Part shown: positions 43,404 through 57,486 of the stretch, one piece after another | Layout of the letters: every line of letters starts with the position of its first letter | How positions within the stretch are numbered: the first letter of the stretch is position 1 | Source: Octopus vulgaris | Lineage: Eukaryota | Assembly: GCA_951406725.2 (NCBI GenBank) | Contig: OX597831.1 | Location: 73,842,001 to 73,906,000, forward strand | Reading direction: 5' to 3' | Length of the DNA: 64,000 nucleotides | Notes under the pieces: model-generated | The model's database searches: none | Told to the model about the DNA's origin: nothing | Seen by the model: only the letters and a program-made list of their open reading frames with translations | Position numbers and translations under genes: made by a program

Positions 43404-43796
43404 ATGTGTGTATATATACACGTGTATATATATATGTATATATATACATATACATATATATATATACATATATATATACATATATATATGTATATATACT
43501 CATATACATACATACATACATATATAGGGATCAAGTATCCAGGCTGGTACCATTCGAGCACTCGGTTATCGTCCCGGTTACGGCTAACCGCACCCAATTT
43601 AAGGAGCACCTAGGATCTCCTCATGTGTAAATCTTGGGTTCGCTTGGATGGATTATCGAAAATTTACCGAATGCATATCGAGGACAATTACAATTAATGC
43701 GTGCGTCGGACAAATTTAAGCTAAATATGCTGTGTAATTGGCAGTAGAAATACAATAACATGCAGATGTATTAATCCCTGTATTCGTTGCAATTGC

Positions 43797-43839
<43 letters not shown>

Positions 43840-44781
43840 ACACACAGAGACACACACAGAGACACACACAAAGACACAGACGCACACAGACACATACACA
43901 CACATACACACACAGAAACACACACAGAGGCACAGACACACACACACACACAGACACAGACACACACACATACACACAGGCACAGACACACACAGACACA
44001 GACACACACACACACACAGACACAGACACACACAGAGACACAGACACACACACACACACACACAGACACAGACACACACAGAGACACACACACAGGCACA
44101 CACACGCACACACACACACATACAGACACAGGCACACGCAGACACACACACGCGGAGGCCTGCAGTGAGGGTCACGATGTCAACTAAAAGTTTGCATTTA
44201 CATGAGGTGGCATCCGATACTATTACTCACTCCGTTGGTGTCAAGCCGCATCCGCATCGATGTTACCCATCAATGTCCAAATTCCCTTTCACCATACAAA
44301 ACATCCTGTTATCCTTTCAATCACAAAACCAAGAGCATTCCTAACTCCTCAGTAGCGTTTATTTTGATTTATTCACTGAACATCTATTCTTCACTCCCAG
44401 ATTTGGTGTTTCTCTCACATCATTCTACCATTTCTCTGATTTGGATTTTGTAAATCACTGATCATTTATTTTTTGCAATATAATTGGCAGCCAAGCAGCA
44501 CCTTGTTTATCCGGCTCTGAACGCCACGACAACCCACCCCTACTGCTAGTACTATATACTTCATATTCTAGGCCAGGAATGTCTAGCCCACGGACTTCAT
44601 CAAACTTCATTTGCACTTTCCAGCAATTTGTACCCCTACAGAACTTTGGGTATTGGTTCTCCTTCGTGTACGTCTCTGCATTATTAGTTTACTCACCTAC
44701 CCGGGTGAGTGGAAAGGTTGACTGTACGACGCTTGAACCTGTCTCAATGGTGTACAATCCATGCACCAATTACCAGTCTTT

Positions 44782-45342
44782 TGTAACGTAACAGCCACAT
44801 GGTCTGATACTGACCAGAAATAGAACCACCGATTCTGATGGAATCGCAACTTAACTTGGTGTTATAGGTTCTGTGGTAATGTGAGGGATGCGGAGGGATA
44901 TATTTTAATATTTTTATAGCCAGCCTCTTAGCTGTATCTGATTGGTCAGTAAGGAAGCACATATGCACTCGAAGTTACAGCAGTTAACTGACTTGAAGTG
45001 AACTACCGTCTGAGAGGTTGGGTTGCATAGTGATTGAAGGTGAGGTATGTAACTCTGATTAAGCAGTGGTCGGACAGTTTTATAGGAGAACTATTAGAGT
45101 GGGTCTAGCAGTGGAGAAAAGATTACTTATGTTTGGTGTGCCTGTGTGTCAGTCAAAAATACGTGGTGTAGGAGATGATGCTAATTGTCATAATATTATG
45201 TCCTGCATTATGACGACGTATTTCGTCATCCCTGCGGGAATGGCCCAAATAGCGTACCTCGCTGACTGACACTACTGACTGCGTCAGCCCACTATTTATA
45301 GTAGCGGACCAGCCCACTTCTCACCTGGGGACATCTGCCACA
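44782..45342 (-). mobile_element. Possible solo LTR
   Basis: Minus strand TGTGGC...GTTACA ends, TATAAATA (45293-45300) followed by TCAGT motifs. No TSD or PBS found. Confidence 0.35.
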
Positions 45343-46292
45343 ACGCTAAAATAATTGAAGATAGTAAAATATTCAAATTTTACACCATCGGGATCGGTGC
45401 GGCAGGGGTGCAATACCCAGTCGAGTCACTTATATATACTTTATATTGAACCAAACACAAAATGTATTTCTTCAAATTATAAATTGATGCTAGTTATATA
45501 TTACGAAGACATATCGCAGTTCCAACTACAAAATTGGTCATACAAGTTCAACACTCTCTTGTAAGTTCACTACGCACTTAAAACAAGCGGCAGTTGCAAC
45601 ACACTGCACCACACATTATTAAATAAAGCCAGTAAATAGAAAAACATTAAAAGAAAATTCTTTCTTTATAGAATGTCCGTCAGTAATAGAGGATTGATTA
45701 TAGAAGCCTTAAAATACCACAACACAAGACTATGATTAACGCACAACATACAAATGTCACATTTGCTAATATAAATGTTAACGCTTTGTCAAAATCTAGG
45801 GGGATTGCCTCTACAAACACAAGCGGTTCACCATAAAATGTGTCATATAGAAGCCAAATCAGCTCCTTATCCTGAAGATAAGGCCGAGGAAGACTGGAAT
45901 TGTTGGTAAAAATGATTTTGGAAACTTTACTGTTCCAAACGAACCAAGGGATTGATAGGGAGTCATAAGAAACCTTTAATAAAGAAAAAAAAAGATTAAA
46001 TACGAACAAGTGTTCTTAGTAGAACATACATACATATATACATACATACATGTTAGTAAATGCTTAAAGGAGAATCTGGATAAACTGGGATTTTCAGAAT
46101 GAGAAATCGACCGGCTGATTCGTACATTACAAGTGCAATCTGTGAGTGGAACAGTAAAAATATGCAAGACTTTTCTCAAGTTACAAATGTGAATTTGTGT
46201 TAACTACATCCCAAAGATGGAGCCTTGCATCTTTGTTAGAGACCGGCTCCCTCCTTAGTGGAAGATTTATAATAATTAAAATATTGAAGAGA

Positions 46293-46560
46293 CATACATA
46301 CATACATACATACATACATACATACATACATACATACATACATACATACATACATACATACATACAAACATAATACATACATACATACATACATACAAGC
46401 ATACATACATACATGCATACATACATGCATACATACATACATACATACATACATACATACATACATACATACATACATACATACATGCATACATACATAC
46501 ATGCATGCATACATACATACATACATACATACATACATACATAAATGCAAACATACATAC
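46293..46560. repeat. (CATA)n microsatellite
   Basis: Direct reading. Confidence 0.95.
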
Positions 46561-47106
46561 AACATTCATATACAACATATATATGTATATATCTGATGCA
46601 TACATGCCCAAATACACTCACATGTCAAAGTATATTGATATCTTCAGTACAATAACTGTATTTCATATGAAAAGCGTTATGAAAATTTAGGAATTTCTAA
46701 AAAAACAAGTTAAAATGAGAAGCAGACGATAAAGTATAATTAGCGCGAAAATTATTTTAAAAAAAGGAACAGAAAAGTAATTCTTCACCCTAAGGGTAAT
46801 GGTCATTCTAAGTTTCTTTTCCAAGACTCATTCTATTGCCAAATCAAATTAGGTAACAAACGCTGGCGGTGATTCTTCTGAAAGTCACACTGAATGTTGG
46901 TGTGTGAGGAATTCTTGGCGTCCTCTGATGCATGCAGCTTCCGTAGAAATAGCTTTGGAAGTTTAATCTTTTCTAGCTGGCGGACATATTTTTGAGGAAA
47001 ACTTCCGAGAAAGAAAGCTGGACGGGAGGTGAAGCGGGAAGGTGGAAACGGAATGTAGCTTCCTCACACACACACACACACACACATGAACACACACACA
47101 CACACG

Positions 47107-47174
<68 letters not shown>

Positions 47175-47435
47175 TGTATGTGTAAATGTGTATGTATGCA
47201 CCTCTATTTATATATGTTTATAGATATAGACAAATGTATGTATAAATGTGTATGTATAAATGTATATTTAAATATGAATATATAAATATACACATATAAA
47301 ATATACACGTGTATACATAGATGCATATACTATATATACATATGTAGATACATATAGTTATAAATACATATGTATACATGTATAAATTTATGTACATCCG
47401 TATATGTATATAATATGTATGTATATATAGATTTG

Positions 47436-47477
<42 letters not shown>

Positions 47478-47635
47478 ACTGGTTTCTTTGAATTTCCGTC
47501 TACCAAATCCACTCGCAAAGATTTGGTCGTCCAGGGGCTATCGTAGAAAACACCTACCTGAGGTGTCCACGCAGTGGGACCGAAACCGGAGCCATGTGGT
47601 TGTGAAGTAAAAGTTCTTAACACCCAATTGCATCA
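47478..47635 (-). mobile_element. SINE family A, 5' half
   Basis: tttccgtctaccaaatccactcgcaa...cacgcagtgggac...ccatgtggttg. Confidence 0.8.
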
Positions 47636-47639
47636 GTGC

Positions 47640-47675
<36 letters not shown>

Positions 47676-47679
47676 AGTG

Positions 47680-47715
<36 letters not shown>

Positions 47716-47741
47716 TATATACATATGTATATGTACATGCA

Positions 47742-47782
<41 letters not shown>

Positions 47783-47849
47783 TATGCATGTACATATACA
47801 TATTATATATATATATATATATATATATACATACATATATATATACACT

Positions 47850-47924
<75 letters not shown>

Positions 47925-47954
47925 GAATATATATATATATATATGAATGAATGC

Positions 47955-48001
<47 letters not shown>

Positions 48002-48289
48002 TATATAAATATAGACAGAAATAATGGATTAGCGCATTATCTTTGTCTATTTTATACCTCTCCCTTCTCCCCTTTTATACGGCCCACCATGAAACCATAT
48101 CAACTGGGTAATGCAACCATAGCTTTACAAACACGACTTGGATGGACCTTGATTCAGATTTTGACTTCGGATTACCTGGATTAAAATATCAACCACGAGA
48201 TTCTTTTGTTAGCCTGGTGTATTTCTGCATGCAGAGAGCTTAAGAGGTATTTTCCCGGGATTATTGTCCCTTATTACTCCATGTGTGTT

Positions 48290-48333
<44 letters not shown>

Positions 48334-48353
48334 CATACATACATACATACATG

Positions 48354-48441
<88 letters not shown>

Positions 48442-48531
48442 TTAAATAATAAGAGTAGAAATTGATATTAATAAATTAAAACCAGTGGCTTAGCATATTT
48501 AAAAAAATCCGAACATTAAAAATCGTTTTAC

Positions 48532-48678
48532 ATACAAAATTTATAAGACTGACCACTAAAGTGGAATTCCTATATGCTAAACATAGAGATGAAATCGCCA
48601 TTCTTCGTGGTAACGGCGATTTGACGTCTATGCTTAGCATATAGGCTGTCCACTTTTAGTGGTCAGTCCTATAAATTT

Positions 48679-48683
<5 letters not shown>
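48532..48683. repeat. ~150-bp imperfect hairpin element in (TA)n
   Basis: atacaaaatttataagactgaccactaaagtgga...aaatcgcc mirrors ggcgattt...tccacttttagtggtcagtcctataaattttgtat. Confidence 0.85.
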
Positions 48684-48723
<40 letters not shown>

Positions 48724-48810
48724 GTAGGCACCCGTCAGTCTTAGAGGCCATGAACCTGCACCCAAAGAAATCGTGTCAGCTGCTGCTGATGGTCCAGCGT
48801 CTGTTGTGGC

Positions 48811-48849
<39 letters not shown>

Positions 48850-49166
48850 GTGTGTGTATAAACACACTCACAAAAACAAATGTATAGATTCATCACTGAC
48901 TTTAAACACGTGAGCTTGATTTTCGGTCGACTCCAGGAATTGCGATACTCTCTGCGGAGAAGTGGTTTCCCATCCTCAGGGTTCTTGTCCTTTCCGTTTC
49001 AGAATATTCTCCTTCGAATCTCCTATGCAAATCTAGCGACGTTTTGAGCAGGAGGCTATTCACTGCCAATTTGGGGAATAATCATTTTAAAGACCACCAA
49101 CACTCATTTTCCATCCATCTTGCTACGTTGTCCCCATATATTTTAACAAACTCTCTCTCGTTTCAG

Positions 49167-49370
49167 CTTCCAAAAATGAACTTCGGTATTTTTTGGTGCC
49201 AAACATCTGCAGTTGCTGCTCTTTCTTTTCACCGTGGTTGCCGTTTGTGTTTGTTGATGTACATTCATCATCACCATCCTCCTCCTCCTCCTCACCATCA
49301 TCACCATCATCATCATCATCACCGCCATCCTACTCGTCCCCTCCCCCACCTCCCCCTCCTCATCACCATT

Positions 49371-49408
<38 letters not shown>

Positions 49409-49509
49409 TATCATCATCATCATCATCATCATCACTCGAACCCACAAAATAAAACGTCCCTCTAATAATGCCCCTTCGTGTTTAAGAAAACGGAAGGACT
49501 CAGATAATC

Positions 49510-49586
<77 letters not shown>

Positions 49587-49789
49587 AAGCAGATCTGATG
49601 GCCACGGTTGGAGTTCCATAGCTGGGTGGGGGATCTGCTTAAACGGTGCTGATCTACAGCGAATAGAAAAAATAACATCGACAATACCAAAACCACCACC
49701 ACCACCACCACTACTACCACCACCACCACCGCCGCCGCCGCCACCACCACCACCACCACCACCACCACCACCGCCACTACCGCCACCAC

Positions 49790-49832
<43 letters not shown>

Positions 49833-49861
49833 ACCACCACCACCACCACCACTACCACCAC

Positions 49862-49901
<40 letters not shown>

Positions 49902-50422
49902 ACCACCACCACCACCACCACCACCACCACCGCCGCCGCCAACGCCGCCGCCGCCGCCACCGCCACCACCACCACCACCACTACCACCACCACCACCACC
50001 GCTGCCGCCGCCGCCACTGCCATCGCAAAAGCAGTTCCCTGAATATGTCAACAACAGCCGATGTATCGATCCGTTGATAGATTATGGTGACTTGGCTGTG
50101 TTAATAGGTTTGGATCGAAGCCCAATAACTTGAGAAATTGCTCAGTCCGGACATTCCGGCTTCTACATCCGAATTGCTTCATGAAACACCACCACCGCCG
50201 CCGCCGCCGCCGCCGACACCGTTACCGCCGCCGACACCGTTGCCGCCACCAAACCAATTTCCACTATCATCACCGCCAATTCCATCAACAATAACACCGC
50301 CACCAATCACCAGCGCCAGCAGCAGCAGCACCCTCCACCGCCACCACCACCACCACCAGCAACTACAACTGTTGCAACAACAGCAGCAACACTACCATGG
50401 CCTCCACCACAAACAACAATAA
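49167..50422 (+). other. Candidate exon(s) of a low-complexity Ser/His/Pro-rich protein, broken by frameshifts
   Basis: Acceptor tttcag|, ATG at 49176, a hydrophobic stretch, an open Pro frame 49585-50130 and ORF 50138-50422. Continuity requires several single-base corrections. Confidence 0.3.
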
Positions 50423-50825
50423 AAACAACAGAACCGAAACGGAAACAAGTGTTCACTTGATTTGCTGGAAATAGCAGTCATATCTCCGCATATAATACTT
50501 TGCTATGTTGAATAGAAGGTAAGCTCATAGTGGATGATGTATTCGTGGAAATACGGAATAGCCATGGCTGGAAATCCTTGAAGGATATGTCTATTCGATC
50601 AGGATTGACTTGGGGCTAAAATCCAACAACAAGCGAAAAGGGAGGCGCCAAGACTTTAATTTTCGAGAATTTGCGAGAGAAAGAGGGGAGGGGGAAGAAT
50701 TTGCCCTCAGAGATCTGGCCAAAGTTTTTGCAGTAGAGTAAGTTTAGTTAAAGATCCCCACCTCCCATCCTGGGACCAGGTGGTGGCAGCGATGGTGATG
50801 GCGGTGGTGGTGGCGGTGGTGTTAA

Positions 50826-51438
50826 CCCATTAAATCTCAGAGTACTTAAATTTCTGAATCTCTCTCTCTATATAAAGCTGAAGTTGTCTTCAGTGTATGG
50901 CAGGTTTGGTAGCCTTCAACTAACACTATCTCCTCCGAGACCCTGCGGCGCAAGTTGACCAAAATGGAGAGTATGATAGAAGAAGGCTTGCTCTTCCCTC
51001 CGTAGAAGAAAAAAATTCAAGTTGGACCATGTTAACACCAAAAATTATTGACATCAAAAAGGTGCTTTTTTTCTATGAAAAACTCCATTTTTTACGATTT
51101 TTTGACTGCTGTGTCGCCATTTTTCGGTGTATTTCAACCAGAAAAATGTCCACTTAAAGAGAATAACAAGCTACATAATGCAAAATTTTTACTTCTCAAA
51201 AATTCCAATTCTAAAGGGTCGAAACAAACTCGAGCAACGCCGGGCGAAACTGCTAGTATTACATTAAAAATTTTTACAGATAATTGGAAAATAGGTTAAA
51301 AAAAAATTAAAACTCCTTTACTTCAAGTAGAAACGGAAATACTTGGTGTCCTATAAATAGGACACTGATACAATTTGATATAGCTTATTTAATGTTCCCA
51401 TTTAGTGTCCTATTTATAGGACAGTGGCACTTAATGGG
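50826..51438. mobile_element. piggyBac-type MITE with a nested Helitron
   Basis: TTAA|cccattaa ... ttaatggg|TTAA, with subterminal near-palindromes at 51346-51365 and 51406-51423. Confidence 0.7.
50859..51256 (+). mobile_element. Non-autonomous Helitron
   Basis: a|TCtctctctctatataaagctg 5' end, 3' hairpin ctcgagcaacgccggg then cgaaactgCTAG|t. Inserted between A and T. Confidence 0.85.
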
Positions 51439-51799
51439 TTAAACTGGGGCAACAGATTAAATCTTCAACCAACGAACAACGCAAAGAGCCGAAATAATTA
51501 CCGAAGTTAAGTTCCGCCGATCGACTGCAAAAGAATGGCGTTTCATTATCAGCCGTCAAAGGGTTCAAAGGTAATGTCGATCTCGTCGCGATTTGAACAC
51601 AGAATGCAGTGAATTGGAAAAAATACAGCGAAGCTTTTCATGCCAGTTGGTCGTCTGCGTGACAGCCCAAGACAAACGATGAAATGCGCCATCTGTAAAC
51701 CTTGAGCATTTACAAGAATTTTATGGATTCCTTTCGTTACCATAAACTTTGACTTCCCTGAAAACGATCAAAGGATTTTTCTTACCTGGAATGTATCTT

Positions 51800-52207
51800 T
51801 TTATCTTTCATCTTTTACTTGTTTCAGTCATTTGACTGTTGCCATGCTGGAGCAGCACCTTGAAGATTCGAGCCAAGTGATTATTTTAAAAACCTGGTAC
51901 TTAATCTATCGGTCTCTTTGGCCGAACCACTAAATTACGAGGGCGTAAACACTCCAACACCGGTTGTCAAACAGTGTGGGAAACAAACACAAATACTCCC
52001 TCCCCACACATAAACTCCCCACAAACATTGTTTCACTCTCTCACACACACGACAGGCTTCTTTCAGTTTCCATCTACCAAATCCACTCGCAAGGCTTTAG
52101 TCACTTCGATGCTATAGCAGAAGACATTATCCCTTGGTGCCATGCAGTAAGACTGAACCAGGTACCATGTGTTTGGGAAACAAACTTCTTACCGTACAGC
52201 CACACCT
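51800..52207 (-). mobile_element. SINE family A, diverged, near full length
   Basis: Colinear with 2851-3245. Confidence 0.85.
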
Positions 52208-52531
52208 GTGTCCTTTATGTTAAATTTCTTTTTAAAGAGGATCCAAAAAGAGTGTCGTACGTGACATCGCACAAAACGACTTTTTTTGTCTTGGAGATTT
52301 TAACTGTTGATTTCTTAGAATTTCTCCAAAGCAGCATCAACAGCTTCATGGTGTTTAGTCACACTGACCTTCAAATTCCTGAAAAATGCCAATAAGTTTT
52401 GGGGACAACAATGTGAATTCTCATTCACCTGATGTGATTTCTGTGACAAAAATGGATGTGACATTTTCCAACACAAATATTTTCTGTCTTCGGAAATGTT
52501 TTGTTCTTTCAAAAAGTGGATCGAAAGAATT

Positions 52532-52682
52532 AGGCGCAAGTATGGCTGTGGTTAAGAAGCTCCACGTAGTTTCAGGTTCAATCGCACTACGGGGCACCTG
52601 GGGCAAGAGTCTTCTGCTATAGACGCGCATCGACCAATGCCATGTGAGTAAAATTGGTTAACGGAAACTGTGTAGAAGCCCA
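52532..52682 (+). mobile_element. SINE family A, diverged 5' half
   Basis: aggcgcaagtatggctgtggttaagaagc...cggaaactgtgtagaagccc. Confidence 0.7.
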
Positions 52683-53454
52683 ATATATATCTATGTATAT
52701 AGATGTGTGTGTGCGTGTGCATGTGCATGTACGTATGTATGTATGTATGTATCTCAACTCTCCCCCTCCTCATCTAACCCCCCTCTCCCCCAACTCATCT
52801 AACCTCCCCCGACCCCTACTTCTCTTCAGTCCTTCATCCTTTCACCCCTACTCCTCTTCCCTTCTTCCCTCTTCCTCTTTCCTCTTTCTCTCTGCTCCCT
52901 CACTCCCCTTCTCTCTCTCTCCCCCTCTCTCCTCCCCTCCTCTTCTCCTCTCCTTCCTTCTCCCCCTTCTCTCCCCTCCTCTTCTCCTCTCCTTCCTTCT
53001 CCCCCTTCCCCCTCCTCTTCTCCCCTTTCCTTCTCCCCCCTCACCCTCACCCTCATCTCATCTCCCCCTCCCCCTCCCCCCTCATCTCATCTCCCCCTCC
53101 CCTCTCTCCCCCTCATCTCTCCTCTCTCTCCCCCTCATCTCCCCTCTCTCTCCCCCTCTTCCCCTCTCCACCTCATCTCCTCTCTCTACACTACACCATA
53201 CGACTTTACACATCACCCCTCCTCCTCCCCTCTCCCCCTCCTCTCCTCTCTCTACACTACACCATACGACTTTACACATCACATCATATATACATACACA
53301 CGTCCAGACCTCTCATACGCACTAATACTCTCTCATACACACACACACTCTTATGTTGGGGCGAGGTCATTTAACCCTATTATCTCCCCTAATTTCGCTC
53401 TTGCGTCTCACGTTTGATCTTTGACTTCTGGCCGAAATCAGATCGCCATGTTGA

Positions 53455-53741
53455 TTCGCTAGCCTCTGCACGCATTTTTTTCTCTCCTTGTTTCTCTCCG
53501 TGTTTCTTTTCTGTGTATCTTTCTGTTGAAGAGCGTAGGCTCGAAACGTAAAAGACTTGTTTTATTTATATTCCTGAGCACCATACTAATACAATTGTTT
53601 GTTTGTATTCCACGTGCCTTCGTCTTTTGTTTATTTCCGTAAACCTGCCTTCGTCTTTTGTTTATTTCCGTAAACCTACCTTCGTCTTTTGTTTATTTCC
53701 GTAAACCTGCCTTCGTCTTTTGTTTATTTTCATAAAGCTTC

Positions 53742-53745
<4 letters not shown>
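53455..53745 (+). mobile_element. Hammerhead-bearing repeat, family H1, with a tandemly reiterated 3' end
   Basis: Hammerhead at 53518-53555. The unit ccttcgtcttttgtttattt occurs four times at 30-bp spacing before (TA)n. Confidence 0.85.
53518..53555 (+). ncRNA. Minimal type-I hammerhead-like motif, U6 variant
   Basis: TCTTT CTGTTGA A GAGC GTAG GCTC GAA ACGT A AAAGA: 5-bp stem I, 4-bp stem II, palindromic ACGT stem III, GUA site. Confidence 0.72.
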
Positions 53746-53800
<55 letters not shown>

Positions 53801-53824
53801 CGTATATTTATGTATATGTGTATC

Positions 53825-54010
53825 TCTGTGTTTGTCCTTTCACCACCGCTTGACAAACGGTGTTGCTTTATTACGACCCCGTAATATCGCGGTTTGACAA
53901 AAATACCAGGCTTGAAAGTAAGTAATGGGATTGATTTTCTCGACCCAACCCTTCAAGACGTTGCTCCAGCATGGCCGAAGTCCAATGACTGAAGCAAGCG
54001 GATGATAAAA
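53825..54010 (+). mobile_element. SINE family A, diverged 3' half
   Basis: ccgcttgacaaacggtgtt...gctccagcatggccg...aatgactgaa. Confidence 0.7.
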
Positions 54011-54332
54011 GATTTCTAGTCGCTCTGGCTGATGTTGCCGATGTTATTGGTAAATTCTGGATTCCATCGCAATGTTGGTTATGTGAAAATATCCCGTTGT
54101 AGAACTCTGCAACCCTATTAAATGTAGTAAGATGCACTTATCCATTGGTTGATGTTTTAGATATTCGATGGGTGGTTAGATTGTGTATGAATAGAAAATG
54201 GATTCGTTCAATTTAGATCTTACGTGTTACATGCAAGTTGCATGGAGTTCTAATGCTCGTTTAGGTTGTCAAATTCAGGTCAGTTTTGTTGACAGTAGTA
54301 ATTATTCGTTTTTTTTATATTTTGAAATCATA

Positions 54333-54492
54333 AGGGGTGGCTGTGTGGTGAGTGGCTTGCTTACCAACCACATGGTTCCGGGTTCAGTCCCACTGCGTGG
54401 CATCTTGGGCAAGTGTCTTCTGCTATAGCCCCGGGCCGACCAATGCCTTGTGGGTGGATTTGGTGGACGGAAACTGAAAGAAGCCTGTCGTA

Positions 54493-54535
<43 letters not shown>

Positions 54536-54752
54536 TTGTGTGTCTGTGTCTGTCCCCCTAGTATCGCTTGACAACCGATGCTGGTGTGTTTACGTCCCCG
54601 TCACTTAGCGGTTCGGCAAAAGAGACCGATAGAATAAGAACTGGGCTTACAAAGAATAAGTCCCGGGGTCGATTTGCTCGACTAAAGGCGGTGCTCCAGC
54701 ATGGCCGCATTCAAATGACTGAAACAAGTAAAAGAGTAAAAGAGTAAAGAGT
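54333..54752 (+). mobile_element. tRNA-derived SINE, family A, full length
   Basis: Head gtggctgtgtggtgag...ggttcagtccc, internal microsatellite, tail gaaacaagtaaaagagtaaaagag. Confidence 0.9.
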
Positions 54753-55381
54753 ATGCTTGTTCTCATTCCACAAAATATTAAACCATCATCCCTGTACAAG
54801 TCACCGCTAATTCTTTAAAATTTGTTTTATTTTTCGCTGAGCAGGAAAAACAAAAAACTTCACAGAATTCAATACCATAAATTTACTCATGCTGAAGAAA
54901 AAAATTGCCCACTTCATAATTTTAAAATAGAAAACGCTCCTATTGCAAAAAACAAACAAAATCAAAGTAAATATATATTTAAAAAAAACAGGGATTTCCA
55001 AGCGTACAGGCCCCCTTTCAGTGATATTTGTCTGTGTTCTGACCAAAGTGGATGTTTATATATCTTTTAGATGATCCTGATTTATGCAACCAAACACAAT
55101 GGCGAAGAATTGAATACATCTCTTATTGTTTCTGTTCATTTAAAAAATTTTTTTCGCCATTGGACCGAGCGATAACTGATACAATATTAGGAAACATTTC
55201 GATTCGTCGACTGTTTCAAACCTCGGTTTCGATGCGATAAATAAACTGTACAGCATACAGGTTGGGGGAGACTCGTTCTTTTGTCTTTAGATCTAAAATT
55301 ATACGTACATACAGACTTGCATTTACACATATAAATATACACACACACACACACATGCCCGCACATATTTATATACATATG

Positions 55382-55458
<77 letters not shown>

Positions 55459-55706
55459 GTATATATATGTATGTATATATTCATATGTATTATATATACA
55501 TACATAAGTATATACGTACATGCGTACATGCATAACTCTATACGTAAGACATTTCTAGTTTGTATACATACATACATATATATATATGTATATATATAAA
55601 CACAAAAACATCCCGCACTATTTACATTTTTATTGATATCTCTCTCCCTCTCTCTCTAGTTAGCTAGCTATATCTCTATACATACATACATACATACATA
55701 CATACA

Positions 55707-55737
<31 letters not shown>

Positions 55738-56079
55738 CCACCTATGTATCTCCCTCCGTAATTACCTGCCTACCTACCTCCCTACCTACCTACTTACCTA
55801 CCTACCTACCTACCTACCTACCTACCTACCTACCTACCTACCTACCTACCTACCTACCTACCTACCTACCTGCCTGTCTACCTACCTGCCTGTCTACCTA
55901 CCTACCTACCTACCTACCTACCTACCCAATCTATGAAGCAGAAATACCCGATGGGAATAAAAATCGATGGAAATAAATTATAAAAGAAAAACTCCTTGCC
56001 AGGTCCGACTCGCCCGAATTTGAAATTACTCAGAAATAGCCAAATGAGGAAAGAAATGGAAGAGTGTGGGGGGGATTTC

Positions 56080-56103
56080 TGATGATGATGGTGATGATGA
56101 TGG

Positions 56104-56151
<48 letters not shown>

Positions 56152-56300
56152 CGGTGGTAATGATGATAATTATGTTGATGGTGATGATGATAATGATGAC
56201 GACGGTGGTGATGGTGTTGATGATAATGATGATGTTGGTGATGATGATGATGATGGTGGTGATGGTGATGATGATGGTAGTGATGATGGTGCTGATGATG
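56080..56300. repeat. (GAT)n microsatellite
   Basis: Direct reading. Confidence 0.9.
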
Positions 56301-56376
56301 ACAGTTGCAAAGCAGCTACGATGTGTTAATATGTATTTATATATGTACTAACGTATATACTAACACGCACGCACGC

Positions 56377-56432
<56 letters not shown>

Positions 56433-56511
56433 TCATGCATAAATACATACACATACGCACATATATACTAATGAATATTTGAGTGCGTATATATATATGT
56501 ATGTATGTAGC

Positions 56512-56545
<34 letters not shown>

Positions 56546-56610
56546 ATATGTGTGTGTGTATACATATATATATATGTATATATGTATGTAGGTTTATATA
56601 TAGATAGATG

Positions 56611-56719
<109 letters not shown>

Positions 56720-57256
56720 ATATATATATGCGTGTGTGTGTGAGAGAGTGTATGTGTGCGTGGGTGTAAAGCAAAAAGTCCAGGTGGAGCGCTTCGATGT
56801 ACAGGGAGAAGTGACGTGGCATGTGTATGGCTCACTGCTGGGATGGCGTAGGTGAGCGGGGGATGGGCAGGTGTATGGGTGGTGCGGATGCGGTGTAGGT
56901 GAGTAAATTAAGAAGGCTTGAAGGATGGACAGAAGTGGATATTGGTGGGTGGGTAGGGTTCGGGCAGGTGTGAGAAGATAATTTAACACCACCGAAATCC
57001 ATTAATTTTCCGTCTGGATGTATATGTGTATGCGTGTATATGCATGGGTATGTATATGTGTGTAAATGTGTACGTGTATATATGTATACGTGTATCCGCG
57101 TATTCACTTGTATGTGTGTATGCATGTATATATGTATGCGCATGTATGAATGCATGCTCGTATGTATGCAAGTGTAGACGTAGGTACGTGTATACTTATA
57201 TATGTGTACGTGTGAATATACGTATGTATGCATGTCAATATATGTATGTATGTTTA

Positions 57257-57317
<61 letters not shown>

Positions 57318-57486
57318 GCGTGTATGTGTTTGCGTATGGGTCTACGTACGTATCTGTGAATGTACGTGTTTTTTTTCGTATGTATATGCGAATGCATGTA
57401 CGTATATATAGGCGCGTGTATGTATATATGTAAGTATATAAGCATCAATATAGGTTATATGATTCTGTGTATGTATATGTGCGGAC

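Noticed and set aside
49509-50054. Minus-strand poly-Gly ORF
   Set aside because: Antisense of the CCA/CCG array, and it runs into (TA)n/(GA)n.
53613-53735. CRISPR-like 30-bp repeats
   Set aside because: Head-to-tail with no spacers, in a eukaryotic context with no cas genes.
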